From NCBI RefSeq assembly GCF_964194025.1, contig NC_134468.1, positions 78,430,001 to 78,494,000 on the forward strand: a DNA stretch of 64,000 nt. The letters run 5' to 3'. Source of the stretch: Convolutriloba macropyga (lineage: Eukaryota). The notes beneath the pieces are model-generated. The model saw only the letters and a program-made list of their open reading frames with translations. It was not told where the DNA came from and made no database searches. Below are positions 1 to 11,519 of this stretch, piece after piece. A program made the position numbers and the translations under genes. Each line of letters opens with the position of its first letter. The first letter of the stretch is position 1.

Positions 1-1385
1 GAACGTGCGACTCAAAACCAGAATACAAACAACAGAAACCACGGCGCTCATCTTCAGCAAAGAAACAAAATAAACCGGGGTTTGAATTGGAGATCAAGGA
101 TGTATCGATCGAGGTATGTAACACAGCTGAAGAGGGCCTCGTTTTGCCAGAACAATTGGTGCTAGAAACAGAGCAACCGAAGTCAAAGGTTCATAAGAAA
201 TTGCTTTGTATCAGCAAGGACATAGAGAAAGCTTTGGAGGTGTATTGAACCATCGTGCAGCCCAATTTCATTTCTACAAAAGGCTTTTCAAAAGGAACTT
301 TTTTGATCCTCAGACCCACTGCAGAAAATTGCTTCATTACAACAGAAGCGTTCTTTGTAACTAAAGAAGGAAATAAAGTGTTTTGACCACTTCAAGTCTC
401 TCATGAGACAATGAATGCGTTGGAGTTCGCTGTCGAAGACAAGCTAACAAAAACAAATAGATATTCTAACGCGAAAAAATGCAAAATTAATTCCAGTGAG
501 TCATGACCCGAGGTCGAGTATTGAATCGACTCCTGTTCTGGTGAACGCGATAAATCATTTATTCGATGAGAAGATACCGCGAAGCACCATCACGAAGTTT
601 ATTTCTTGTCGACACAGTATCCTTTACTGTGCTCGAAACAACGCTATAGCAGCCGACTATATCGCTGCATGCCCACATAAAGAGACGCATGAAAAAGAGA
701 GCCTTAAGCAATTCGCGAAATTCCCAGCGGAGCAGGGTTGGGAGCAATTAAATGACGTTGCTAAGATTCTGGAGTGCATTGATGCCATGAGAGAACCAAA
801 ATCCCGACGTTCAGTAGCGAACTTCAACCCAAACTAACTGATTCGACATTCCTGCAAAAAAGAGTTCAACTCAGTCTAAAGGAAATTGCAGAGGAACAGA
901 CGTGGAGAAAAAATGACATGGTGGAGATACCAGAGATGAGTCAAGGAATAATAGCAACAGCGCCATTCCAAAAAGAGATGTTGTTTAAGACTACCCTGGG
1001 GTAGAAACAGTGCATATTAAAGGTTTTAGACTTGATCATGTTTGTGCTGAAAACGCTGACAAGTGAAAGCAGGAGTTTTGTATAGAAATGAAGAAAGATA
1101 AACGACGAATAATTGGCGGAACTTTGGAACCCTGCTCTCGTCACCCAGTTCGATCTCGTTTTCGGCGACTATGTAACCATACCTACAAGAAAAAGGAAGG
1201 AACAAACGACTCAAAATGCAGTCTTCGTCCCGTCGATTTGTGTTGCGACAAGTTTTTTTTATGTTCGGCGATTTAAAGACAGTGGTGCATGGAGGCGAGT
1301 AGTTTTTGCGGCAGCAGAATATACTCAGCCATTCGAACAGCTGATGTTTGATTACGGAGACGACATGAGCCAGTATCTGAACTAA
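1..1385 (+). pseudogene. SET-domain lysine methyltransferase, PR-Set7/KMT5A-like; left-arm copy, 5'-truncated by window edge
   Basis: Joined frames give QGIIATAPF...GTLEPCSRHP..SRFRRLCNH...RVVFAAAEYTQPFEQLMFDYG (SET motifs RxxNH and ELxFDYG); several stops and frameshifts. Confidence 0.75.
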
Positions 1386-1531
1386 GAGCCAATTTCAATA
1401 TAATTAATCTATTATTTATTGATCAGTTTGTTTCAATTGTTTTGCATTATGACAGTTTTTTATTGTTGATTATTTTTGTGTAACTTCAATTAAAATTCAG
1501 ATTTTTAATAAGCATGTGTTTTTAGAGCAAA

Positions 1532-1713
1532 NNNNNNNNNNNNNNNNNNNNNNNNNNNNNNNNNNNNNNNNNNNNNNNNNNNNNNNNNNNNNNNNNNNNN
1601 NNNNNNNNNNNNNNNNNNNNNNNNNNNNNNNNNNNNNNNNNNNNNNNNNNNNNNNNNNNNNNNNNNNNNNNNNNNNNNNNNNNNNNNNNNNNNNNNNNNN
1701 NNNNNNNNNNNNN
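1532..1713. other. Assembly gap
   Basis: Run of N. Confidence 1.
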
Positions 1714-2559
1714 AAAAGTGTAATAAAAACAAACAGTTTTCTTATCATTATCATTAATGAAAAATAAAAACTCTTCTTCTAAACGGAGATTATAGGAATC
1801 TCTCATTCAAAAACATTGTAGTTCTATCTCATGTTCTATATCTAATGCTGTCTAATGATAGGGTGCATATTAGATATTAAATATTCAATACGTGTTAGAT
1901 ATTGTTATTTTAGTGGATAAGGTAGTCTCATAGAAGTCATGAGGAGTAAGCTGATCCCTAACCAGACAAAATTTCAATCAAATTCTGAAAAATCTAAAGA
2001 ACATTTATAATAAGAAACCGGTGGCCCATAAAGGAAGCTTTATTTTTGAAATCGAATATCTCTCAGATTTAACAACGTAAATTAGTTAAAAGAACTATAT
2101 ATACTGAAATTCTTGCAACTGTTATTGCATTTATCAACCTGCAATATACAAATAAATCTGCCATTGTAATTGCGCTTCTTTAATACTGCAATTGGCTATT
2201 TTAACAATCGACTAAACGATACGCGTGAGGTTACGCGCTTACAAAATGCTACATTTTCATTGGTTGAGTTTTCAGATCAAATAGCTTAAGAAGGTTTATC
2301 CATGGTTGCACGCACACCCCACTCCATCCTGTCAAGGGGGAAGTGGCGCGGCCACGTAGAGGCCGAGTGGAACTTCAGCCGACCACACACCCAAGTTAAG
2401 AGGTCCACTGAACTAAAAATTCATGGACCAATTTGGTTTTCTTGTCCCATAATGATAAATCTGGCGGCTAAATTTCTCTTTTGTTATTTGTCGGCCAAAC
2501 GCCCTGTCTATTTACTAGCACTCTAGAAATTGATCACTCATCACACTGCTTAAGGGTTG

Positions 2560-3285
2560 GTGGGTATGGTGATGAATGACATGGTGGTGGATATGGTGGT
2601 GTAGATGGTGGCGAAAGAGATGTTGGGAGTTACAGTGAAGGACATCATGATGGAGGAGATGGAGGCAAAGGACAATATGGGACTGACAGTGAAAGACATG
2701 GTGGTGGAGGAGATGTTGGCGAAGGACATGGTGGGAATGGCAGTGAAGGACATGGTGGTGGATATGGTGGCGAAGGACATTGTGGGAATGACAGTGAAGG
2801 ACATGGTGGTGAAGGAGATGGTGGCGAAGGACATGGTGGGAATGATAGTGAAGGACATGGTGGTGGAGGAGATGGTGGCGAAGGAGATGGTGGGAATGGC
2901 AGTAAAGGACATGGTGGTGGATATGGTGGCGAAGGACATTGTGGGAATGACAGTGAAGTACATGGTGGTGAAGAAGATGGTGGCGAAGGACTTGGTGGGA
3001 ATGACAGTGAAGGAAATGGTGGTGGAGATGGTGGCGAAGGACATGGTGAGAATGACAGTGAAAGACATGGAGGTGGAGATGGTGGCAAAGGACATAGTGG
3101 TGATGACAGCGAATGACTTGGTGGTGGATATGGTGGCAAAGGACATGGTGGGAATGACAGTGAAGGACATGGTGGTGAAGGAGATGGTGGCGAAGGACAT
3201 GGTGGGAATGACAGTGAAGGACATGGTGGTGGAGAGGGTGGCGAAGGACATGTTGGGAATTACACTGAAGGACATGGTGGTGGAA
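2560..3285 (+). repeat. Degenerate GGACATGGTGGTGGAGATGGTGGCGAA-type coding minisatellite
   Basis: Direct reading; units built of 15-21-bp subunits, mirrored at 5380-5990. Confidence 0.9.
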
Positions 3286-3890
3286 ATGTCTTCAGAAGCC
3301 CAGTATTCAGGAGACCAGTGAGCTTGAGAAGAACAGCGGAGATCGGTGAGATTCTACGAAGGGACCAGACAGGACCGTCCTCAGCACCACAGCCAGAACT
3401 ATACTCGGAAGAACAGCCAGGATTAAAGAGGAAATTGAAAAAGAAGATTGAGCTTCCAGTTAGACGGTTGCTGCCCAGAAAGTGTAAATCCGAGTCCAAC
3501 AATCGCGAGAATGCTGCAAATATAGGTTTAGATGGTTATGCCAAAGGAACGGTGGTTGAGTTTTCAATCTGTGATCCCGGATTAGCGGCATCAATTGAAG
3601 GGCCTCCTAATTTGCACAAAATTATTGACGAAATTTCGTGCCAAGCCAATACAGCAAGAGATTTCATTTTCCAAATTAGAACATCTGATGTTGAAGAATG
3701 TGTCGACGTTTCTCGTCGTGTTGGTGATGTCAGAACATTTCTACAAATTTTGAATATTGACAAATTGCAAGGTTTCAAGAACATCATCGACGATTCAGTT
3801 CTGATGTCAAGCAACTTTCAGCAAACTGTCAACAATTTGTTCTCTTTCAACTGGATGGAAAAGGAGGAGTTTGTCTTCAGAAAACAAACA
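2560..3890 (+). pseudogene. Gly/His/Asp/Glu-repeat protein, left-arm copy lacking the N-terminus
   Basis: GHGGGDGGEGHGGNDSE-type repeat frame runs in frame into the unique ORF 3318+ (…NWMEKEEFVFRK); mirror of 4779-5790. Confidence 0.6.
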
Positions 3891-4279
3891 AATAGCAGTA
3901 GCTGGATCTTTGGATCTTTTTTGTTTTTGCCCCCCATCAGGCTGTTTGCACCCCCCCCCCCCACTTAAACGTTATAGCATATTCGCATATTGTTTACTTT
4001 TCATACAATTACATATACAATTATGTACAAACGGCATTTACAATTTAATTATAATTTTATTAATTTTGGGGGGTACAGCAGAACATTCAAGCATGCGCAG
4101 TTATAATAACAATTTTTGCTTTTCAGGGCGTCAAGGAAAAGAAAACAATTGGAAATTGAAGCAAACTGTATGAAATGTTGGTACAGTGGCAGCATCCTCT
4201 ATGTGTAACAGACTAAATCCATACCTTTGGTTTGTATAAAAATTTAAATACAAATAATCTAAAACTAGTATTAAACGAT

Positions 4280-4460
4280 GATGATAATGATGAATTTGTT
4301 GTTGTTGTTTTTGTTGATTAGGTTTGGCGCCCGAAACTTTCCAGATGACGGAGCCAAAATTTGTGCAGCAAATTTTGGCTCCGTCATCTGGAAAGCTTCG
4401 GGCGCCAAACCTTGTCAACAAAAACAACAACAACAACAACTTCATCATCATTATCATCAT
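4280..4460. repeat. Near-perfect central hairpin of the palindrome, 5-nt loop TGCAG (4364-4368)
   Basis: TTTGGCGCCCGAAACTTTCCAGATGACGGAGCCAAAATTTG-tgcag-CAAATTTTGGCTCCGTCATCTGGAAAGCTTCGGGCGCCAAA flanked by (TTG)n/(CAA)n. Confidence 0.95.
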
Positions 4461-4778
4461 CGTTTAATACTAGTTTTACATTATTTATATTAAAATCTTT
4501 ATACAAACCAGAGGTATGATTGTAGTCTGTTACACATAGAGGATGCTGCCACTGTCCCAGCATTTCCTACAGTTTGCTTCAATTTCCAATTGTTTTCTTT
4601 TCCTTGACGCCCTGAAAAGCAAAAATTGTTATTATAACTGCGCATGCTTGAATATTCTGCTGCACCTCCCAAAATTAAATAAATTTTAATTTAATTGTAG
4701 TGGGGGGGGGGGGCGGTGCAAATAGCCTGGCGGGGGTTGGCAAAAACAGAAAAGATCCAAAGATCCAGCCCTTGCTGT

Positions 4779-6600
4779 TTATTTTCTGATGACAAACTCC
4801 TCCTTTTCCATCCAGTTGAAAGAGAACAAATTGTAGACAGTCTGCTGAAAGCTGCTTGACATCAGAACTGAATCGTCGATGTTTTTCTTGAGACCTTGCA
4901 ATTTTTCAGCATTCAAAGTTTGTAGAATTGGCTTGACATCACCAACACGACGAGATATGTCAATACATTCTTCAACATCAGATGTTCTAATTTGGAAAAT
5001 GAAATCACTTGCTGTATTGACTTGGCACGGATTTTTGGCAATATTTTCGTCCAAATTAGGAGGCCGTTATTTTGATGCCAATAATCCAGGACCATAGAAT
5101 ACAGACTCAACAACTGTCCCTTCGACATAACCATCCAAAACTCTATTTGCAGCTTTCTCGCGATTTTTGGACTCGGATTTACACTTTCTGGGCAGCAACC
5201 GTCTAACTCGAAGATCAATCTTCTTTTTCAATATACTCTTTAATCCTGGCTGTTCTTCTGAGTATGGTTCTGGCTGTGGTGCTGAGGACGGTCCTGGCTG
5301 GTCCGTTCGTAGAATCCCACCGATCTCCGTTGTTCTTCCCAAGCTTACTGGTCTCCCTAATACTGGGCTTCTGAAAACATTTCCACCACCATGTCCTTCA
5401 GTGTAATTCCCATCATCTCCTTCGCCACCCTCTCCACCACCATGTCCTTCACTGTCATTCCCACCATGTCCTTCGCCACCATCTTCACCACCATGTCATT
5501 CACTATCTTTCCCACCATGTCCTTCACCACCATCTCCTTCACCACCATGTACTTCACTGTCATTCCCACAATGTCCTTGGCCACCATATCCACCACCATT
5601 TCATTCACTGCCATTCTCACCATGTCCTTCGCCACCATCTCCTCCACCACCATGTCTTTCACTGTCAATCCCACATTGTCCTTCGCCTCCATCTCCTCCA
5701 CCACGATGTCTTCCACTGTAAATCCCATCATCTCTTTCGCCACCATCTCCACCACCATATCTTCCGCCTTGTCTTTCATCACCACATCCACCGTCATGTC
5801 TTTCAACGCCATATCAACTATCATGTCCTTCACCACCATTTTTTCACCATCATGTCCTTCAACACCATGTCCTTCACCATGTCCTTCGCCACAATATTCT
5901 TCACCACCATGTCCATCACCATGTCCTTCACCACCATCTTCTTCAACCATCTCCGTCGCCACCATAATTCCCATCATCTCCGTCGCCACCATCATTTACA
6001 TCATCTCGGTCGCCACCATCATTCCTATCATTATCACCATCGCTGTCAATCTCGCCGGCATCAATTGCACTTCTGCTCCTCCTGGCATCTGCACTTCTGC
6101 TCCTCCTGGAATGCTGTCTTGCTGTGTAAATTGTCGAGTTGTTCAGTGCGGCATTCTCACCAATTGCTTGATTGTTTTCTAGCAACGCATAACTTTCATT
6201 GGACATCATTTCCGGGTTATTTGCAAATAAAGTTGGATTAAAGTCAATCAGTTGCGGGAAGAATGAGAATCCCGATTTTCCTCCACCTCTTCGTACGAAG
6301 GCCTGAAATTCCAACTCAAAGCGAATTCTATCGATGTTGCTCAGCGTTAGATAGCAGAGCTTATGTGTCAAATTGATCGTTTCAGTATCATTTGCAGTCC
6401 ACTTCGGTTCCACTTCATCGCGGCACTGTTCCCCAAAAAGAATGCGATGCCAAAACGTATGAATATTTATATGCTGCTCCATCCTTTTTGGTGTCACTAC
6501 GTCCACAAAAGAAAGAATTATCGACCGGGGGCAAATTTTTTGACAATTGAGGGTTTTCTGGATAAAACTATTCTGATGCTTCAGCAAATTCGATCGCGTA
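4779..6600 (-). pseudogene. Gly/His/Asp/Glu-repeat protein, fuller right-arm copy (unique N-domain, acidic Gly/His repeat, unique C-domain)
   Basis: ORF 5943..6587 ends in a DGGDGDDG tract; the GHG frame continues with frameshifts/stops into ORFs 5067..5342 and 4779..5054. Confidence 0.6.
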
Positions 6601-6843
6601 GAACTTATGTGGCAACATCCTTCAGATCAACTCTTATTATTTTATGATTATTATTATTATTAGTGTTAATATTATTTTTTATCATTGGGACGTATCATAC
6701 ACACCAGTTTTTTGGAATCAATTTTTTTGCCAAGCAAGCTTTATTATTCGGATGAGCAAAAAAAGCGTTTAAAAGAGCGTCAAGGCTTAGTTTCATACTT
6801 CCAGTATTACGGGAACATATTCGGTGGAGGGCGCATGATTCAA

Positions 6844-7070
6844 NNNNNNNNNNNNNNNNNNNNNNNNNNNNNNNNNNNNNNNNNNNNNNNNNNNNNNNNN
6901 NNNNNNNNNNNNNNNNNNNNNNNNNNNNNNNNNNNNNNNNNNNNNNNNNNNNNNNNNNNNNNNNNNNNNNNNNNNNNNNNNNNNNNNNNNNNNNNNNNNN
7001 NNNNNNNNNNNNNNNNNNNNNNNNNNNNNNNNNNNNNNNNNNNNNNNNNNNNNNNNNNNNNNNNNNNNNN
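6844..7070. other. Assembly gap
   Basis: Run of N. Confidence 1.
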
Positions 7071-7254
7071 CGCAACTTCATCCATTTCAACAGCGACAAT
7101 AAGTTAACAAACAAAAGACAATAAAGTTTCTGACAAAACTATAACAATTGAGAGATTCAGTCAATCAAATTTTAGTAAGGCAGGCCATCCAATCATGTGT
7201 AAAAAATCAAATCAAATAAACAAATAATTTTTAAAAAGCTTGAATGTAAAGGCT

Positions 7255-7500
7255 GGATGTAAAATAACTGGACAGTGAAAAAAAGCAAACGAGGGATTAA
7301 AGAACTGGATAGTGATTAAACATTAGCAAGGGATTAAAAAACTGGATAAAGAATAAAAATAAACGAGGGATTAAAAATTTGGATAGTGAATAAAAATAAG
7401 CAAGGTATTAAAAAACTGGATTAAGAAAAATAAGCAAGTGATTAAAACAGTTGGATTGTAAAAAAGTTGGATATTGAACAGAGAGATTTAAAAAGTTTGT
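7255..7500 (+). repeat. Degenerate ~38-bp tandem repeat (AAACGAGGGATTAAAAAACTGGATAGTGAATAAAAAT)
   Basis: About 5-6 recognisable copies. Confidence 0.75.
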
Positions 7501-8599
7501 GTCAATAAAATGAACAAAGAAAGCAAGTGGTTAAGGAATAAATGAAAGAAAATGAGGCGATGGATACTAAGCAAACGAAGGATGAAATCGAAGGTTAAAC
7601 AAACGAAGGAAGAAATCGAGGAATTAATCAAGGCGAGAGTTAAAACAATTAATTGTGGGTGCGTTTAAAGCGAGGATGATTCAACCACTGTTAAGCAGTG
7701 TGATGAGTGAACAGTCTTTAGGGTGCTAGAAAATAGACAAGGCGTTTGGCCGACAAGTAACAAAAGAGAAATTTAGCCACCAGATTTATCATTACGGGAC
7801 AAGAAAACCAAATTGTTCCATGAATCCTTAGTTCGGTGGACCTCTTAGCTTGGGTGTGTGGTCGACTGAAATTCCACTCGGCCTCTCCGTGGCCGCATCA
7901 CTTCCCCCTGGCAGGATGGAGTGGGGTGTGCGTGCAACCATGGATAGACCTTATTAAGCTATTTGATTTAAAAATGTCCAAATATTTGCCCGCTTAAGAA
8001 ATAGTTTTAATTTGGCTAAGCGCCCTGTCGGCCAATTCGGTGGCCACCATTTAGCTGGGTTGAATTGAACAACCCGTTTCAGCTCAGCCGACGAGAATGC
8101 ATTATGTTGAAAGCGCGTAATCTTACGCGTATCGTTTAGTCGAATGTTAAAATAGCCAATTGCAGAATTAAAGAAGCGGAATTACAATGGCAGATTTAAT
8201 TGTATATTGCAGGATGATAAATGCAATAACAGTTGCAAGAATTTCAGTATAAATAGTTCTTTTAACTAATTTACGTTGTTAAATCTGAGAGATATTCGAT
8301 TTCAAAAATATAGCTTCCTTTATGGGCCACCAGTTTTTTTATTATAAATGTTCTTTAGATTCTTTAGAAACTTGAATGAAATTTTGTTTAGTTAGTGATC
8401 AGCTTACTCCTCATGACTTCTGTGAGACTACCTTATCCACTAAAATAACAATATCTAACACGTATTGAATATTTAATATCTAAAATGCGCCCATCATTAG
8501 ATAGCATTTGATATAGAAAATGAGATAGAACTACTTTGTTTTTGAATTGGAGATTCCTATAATCCCCGTATAGAAGAAGAGTTTTTATTTTTCCATAAA

Positions 8600-8770
8600 T
8601 ATAATGATAAAAATTATTTGTTTTTTTTAATACTTTTATTATTTTTATTAATATTATTATAATAATTATTATTATTTTTTATTATTATTAACTTTATTAT
8701 TATAATTATTTTTAACTTTATTATTATTATTAACTTTATTAACTTTTTTATTATTTTTGTTAATTTAACT
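8600..8770. repeat. (TTA)n-rich low-complexity tract
   Basis: Direct reading; corresponds to the gap 1532-1713 in the left arm. Confidence 0.8.
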
Positions 8771-8951
8771 CTGCTGTTTGCTCTAAAAATATTTGTTCAG
8801 TAAAAATCTGAATTTTAAAAAGTCATCAACAATAATAATCAACACAAAAATATTTACACAAAAATAATCAACAATAAAGAACTGTCATAATGCAAAACAA
8901 TTGAAACAAACTGATCCATACATATTAAATTAATTATATTGAAATTGGGTC

Positions 8952-10345
8952 TTAGTTCAGATACTGGCTCATGTCATCTCCTTAATCAAACATCAGCTCT
9001 TCGAATGGCTGAGTATATTCTGCTGCCAGAAAAAGTACTCGCCTCCATGCACCACTATCTTTAAATCCCCGAACATAAAGTAACTTGTCGCAACACAAAA
9101 CGACGGGACGAAGACTGCATTTTGAGTCGTTTTTTCCTTTCTTTTTTCCTGTAGGCATGGTTACATAGTCGCCGAAAACGAGATCGAACTGGGTGTCGAG
9201 AGCAGGGTTCCAAAGTTGCGTCAATTATTCGTCGTTTATAATTCTTCATTTCTATGCAATACTCCTGCTTTCACTTGTCAGGGTTTTCAGCACAATAATG
9301 ATCAAGACTAAAACCTTTCTTGTGCACCATTTCTACCCCACGGTAGTCTTAAACAACACATTTTTTTGGAAATGCGCTGTTGCTATTATTCCGCGACTCA
9401 TCCCTGGTATCTCCACTATGTCATTGTTTCTCCACGTCTGTTCCTTTGTCATTTCCTTTTGACTGAGTTGAACTCCTCTTTGCTGGAATGTCGAATCTCT
9501 AAGTTTGGGTTGAACTTTGCTTTTGAGCGTCGGGATTTCGGTTTTCTCACGGCATCAATCGACTCCAGAATCTTAGCAACGTCGTATTTGCTCCCACCCC
9601 TGCTCCGCTGCGAATTTCTTAAGGCTCTCTCTCTCATGCGTCTCTTTATGTGGACATGCAGCAATATAGTCGGCTGCTCTAGCGTTGTTTCGAACACAGC
9701 GAAGGATACTGTGTCGACAAGAAACAAACTTCGTGATGGTGCTTCGCATTATCTTCTCGTCGAATAAATGATTTATCGCGTTCACCAAAACAAGAGTCGA
9801 TTCAATCCTTGCCCTCGGATCTTGACTCACTGGAATTAATTTTGCAATTTTCCGCGTTAGAAGAACTATTTGCTTCGTTAGCTCGTCTTCGACAGAGAAC
9901 TCCAACGCATTCATTGTCTCATAAGAGACTTGAAGTGGTCGAAACATTTTGTTTCCTTCAATGGTTACAAAGAACGCTTCTGTTGTAAGCAAATTTCTGC
10001 AGTGGGACTGAGGAAGGAAAAAGTTCTTTTTGAAAAGCTTTTTGCAGAAATGAAGCTGGGCTGCACGATGTTTAAATACACCTCCAAAGCTTTTTCTATG
10101 TCCTTGCTGATGCAAAGCAATTTCATATGAACCTGTGACTTCGGTTGCTCTGTTTCTAACACCAATTGTTCTGGCAAAACGAGGCGGTCTTCAGCTGTGT
10201 TACATACCTCGATCCATTCACCGTTGATCTCTAATTCAAACCCCGGTTTAAATTGTTTCTTTGCTGAAGTTGAGCGGCGTTGTTTCTGTTGTTTGTATTC
10301 GGGTTTTGTGTCGCACGTTCTTTTTTCAGTATTCCGTGCGGTCAT
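8952..10345 (-). pseudogene. SET-domain lysine methyltransferase, PR-Set7/KMT5A-like, with long unknown N-terminal region; right-arm copy
   Basis: ATG 10345 (MTARNTEK); ORFs 9965..10396, 9573..10115, 9449..9727, 9061..9249 and 8982..9224 join by frameshifts; motifs RGIIATAHF, IDATLEPC.HP, RLCNH, RVLFLAAEYTQPFEELMFD. Confidence 0.78.
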
Positions 10346-10573
10346 TCTCTCTCTCTCCAGAAAGCATTGCGATCTGGTTCTTCTTAAAAGGCGCAATCTT
10401 CAACGCATATGGTCTCTAACTGGGATTCCCTGTTCTGCAAGCAATTGTCTGTCGATATATAGACTCTTTCGGGAACTCAAAATTTTGAAATTTCAGATAA
10501 CGTATGTTACGTATCTGTCCCCCACTTCCAGCCTGAGCCAAGAACTTCAAGCTCGAAGTGCCCCCTCCCTAAT

Positions 10574-10587
10574 TTTTGGCGCCAAAA
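10574..10587. promoter_or_regulatory. Palindromic E2F-like site TTTTGGCGCCAAAA upstream of the SET gene
   Basis: Matches TTTSSCGC on both strands; TATA-like TATATA at ~10456-10461 lies between it and the ATG. Confidence 0.35.
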
Positions 10588-11519
10588 GTAATGAGCATTT
10601 ATGTTCGTCATTTTTGACCCAATTTTCGGCAGTTTTTACTTTGTCTTGCAACAAAAATACAAAATTTGTTGAAATGTCTGAATTAAAATTTGTTTTTCTG
10701 ACAACAAGAAATATTAGCTTATTAATATATTAGATTAATATTAGCTGATTGGAAGTGGTTACTAGCAAAAGTGGTTTTAAAAACCTATTAAAAGTAGGTT
10801 TAAAACAATTTAATATGAATAATACCAATTAGTAAAATTTAAATGAGGGATATAGATATCTTCTATAAGTTTCATAGTCACTTTGATCCACCAATTCATC
10901 ATTTCAAGGCAACAATTTTTCACAAAACGAGCAAAGCCTAGACAATCATTCTCATTAGCGAACATGTCTGGAACCATACCTTCAGGAACTCAAATTGACG
11001 ATTTATCGCTTCCAATAACTATATCACAGCCAGTTTTTTCACACCTAAGATTTTTAGAGAGAACTGGCATGACTTCGCTGTCTACTGATTTTCCGGGGAT
11101 CGGAGAATGGGAGTTTGATTCAGACAATGACGCTTCATGGGCACGTTTCAAGCAAATTGAGTTATTCCGAACAATCGGGGCGAGAAGGATGGATGCTCCA
11201 GAATAATCTTAAATTTGTTTTATCAGTAACGATGCGGACTTTGACGATATGGACGATACTGCCTGGGTCCGACCATTGTCCTCTGCGCTTTTTTAAGGTG
11301 GAGCATGACCCGAAGGAAAGGTCCCCATCAATTGCTTTAGCGCACCTGCCAGATTGTGAGATTTTCCCAATCAAAAACTTGGAGTTTCAAAAAAAACACA
11401 AGATTGTGAGATTTCCTCATTGCAATAAACTGTTTTATTCTTTTGTCAGTATCATCTATTCAAATATTCTTTTTGGTTAATTTGAAATAATTTTTTTTAG
11501 CTTTTGAACTTTTCCAGAA

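Larger units (their letters stand above)
1..10320. repeat. Giant imperfect palindrome (tail-to-tail inverted duplication), axis ~4366; left arm continues beyond window start
   Basis: Base 1 GAACGTGCGAC is the reverse complement of 10310-10320; 1-2550 pairs with ~7690-10320 and ~2560-4363 pairs with 4369-~5790; arms show scattered substitutions and indels; the ORF track shows mirror-image ORFs (e.g. 3260..3502- vs 5167..5406+). Confidence 0.95.

Noticed and set aside
1497-1806. ORFs spanning N runs (also 6685-7114 and 40173-40664)
   Set aside because: Artefacts of assembly gaps
2550-3321. Long Met/Val-rich, Ser/Thr-rich and Pro/Cys-rich ORFs (also 5357..5995 and 5391..6182) as real genes
   Set aside because: Shadow frames of a low-complexity repeat; only the Gly/His frame links to the flanking unique coding sequence
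4131-4493. Mirror ORFs with signal-peptide-like poly-Leu and poly-Gln/His
   Set aside because: Products of (TTG)n/(CAA)n/(ATG)n microsatellites around the hairpin
1-10320. Palindrome as a chimeric-read or amplification artefact
   Set aside because: Arms differ by many substitutions and large indels, unlike fold-back chimeras; a haplotype mis-join is not fully excluded without long reads
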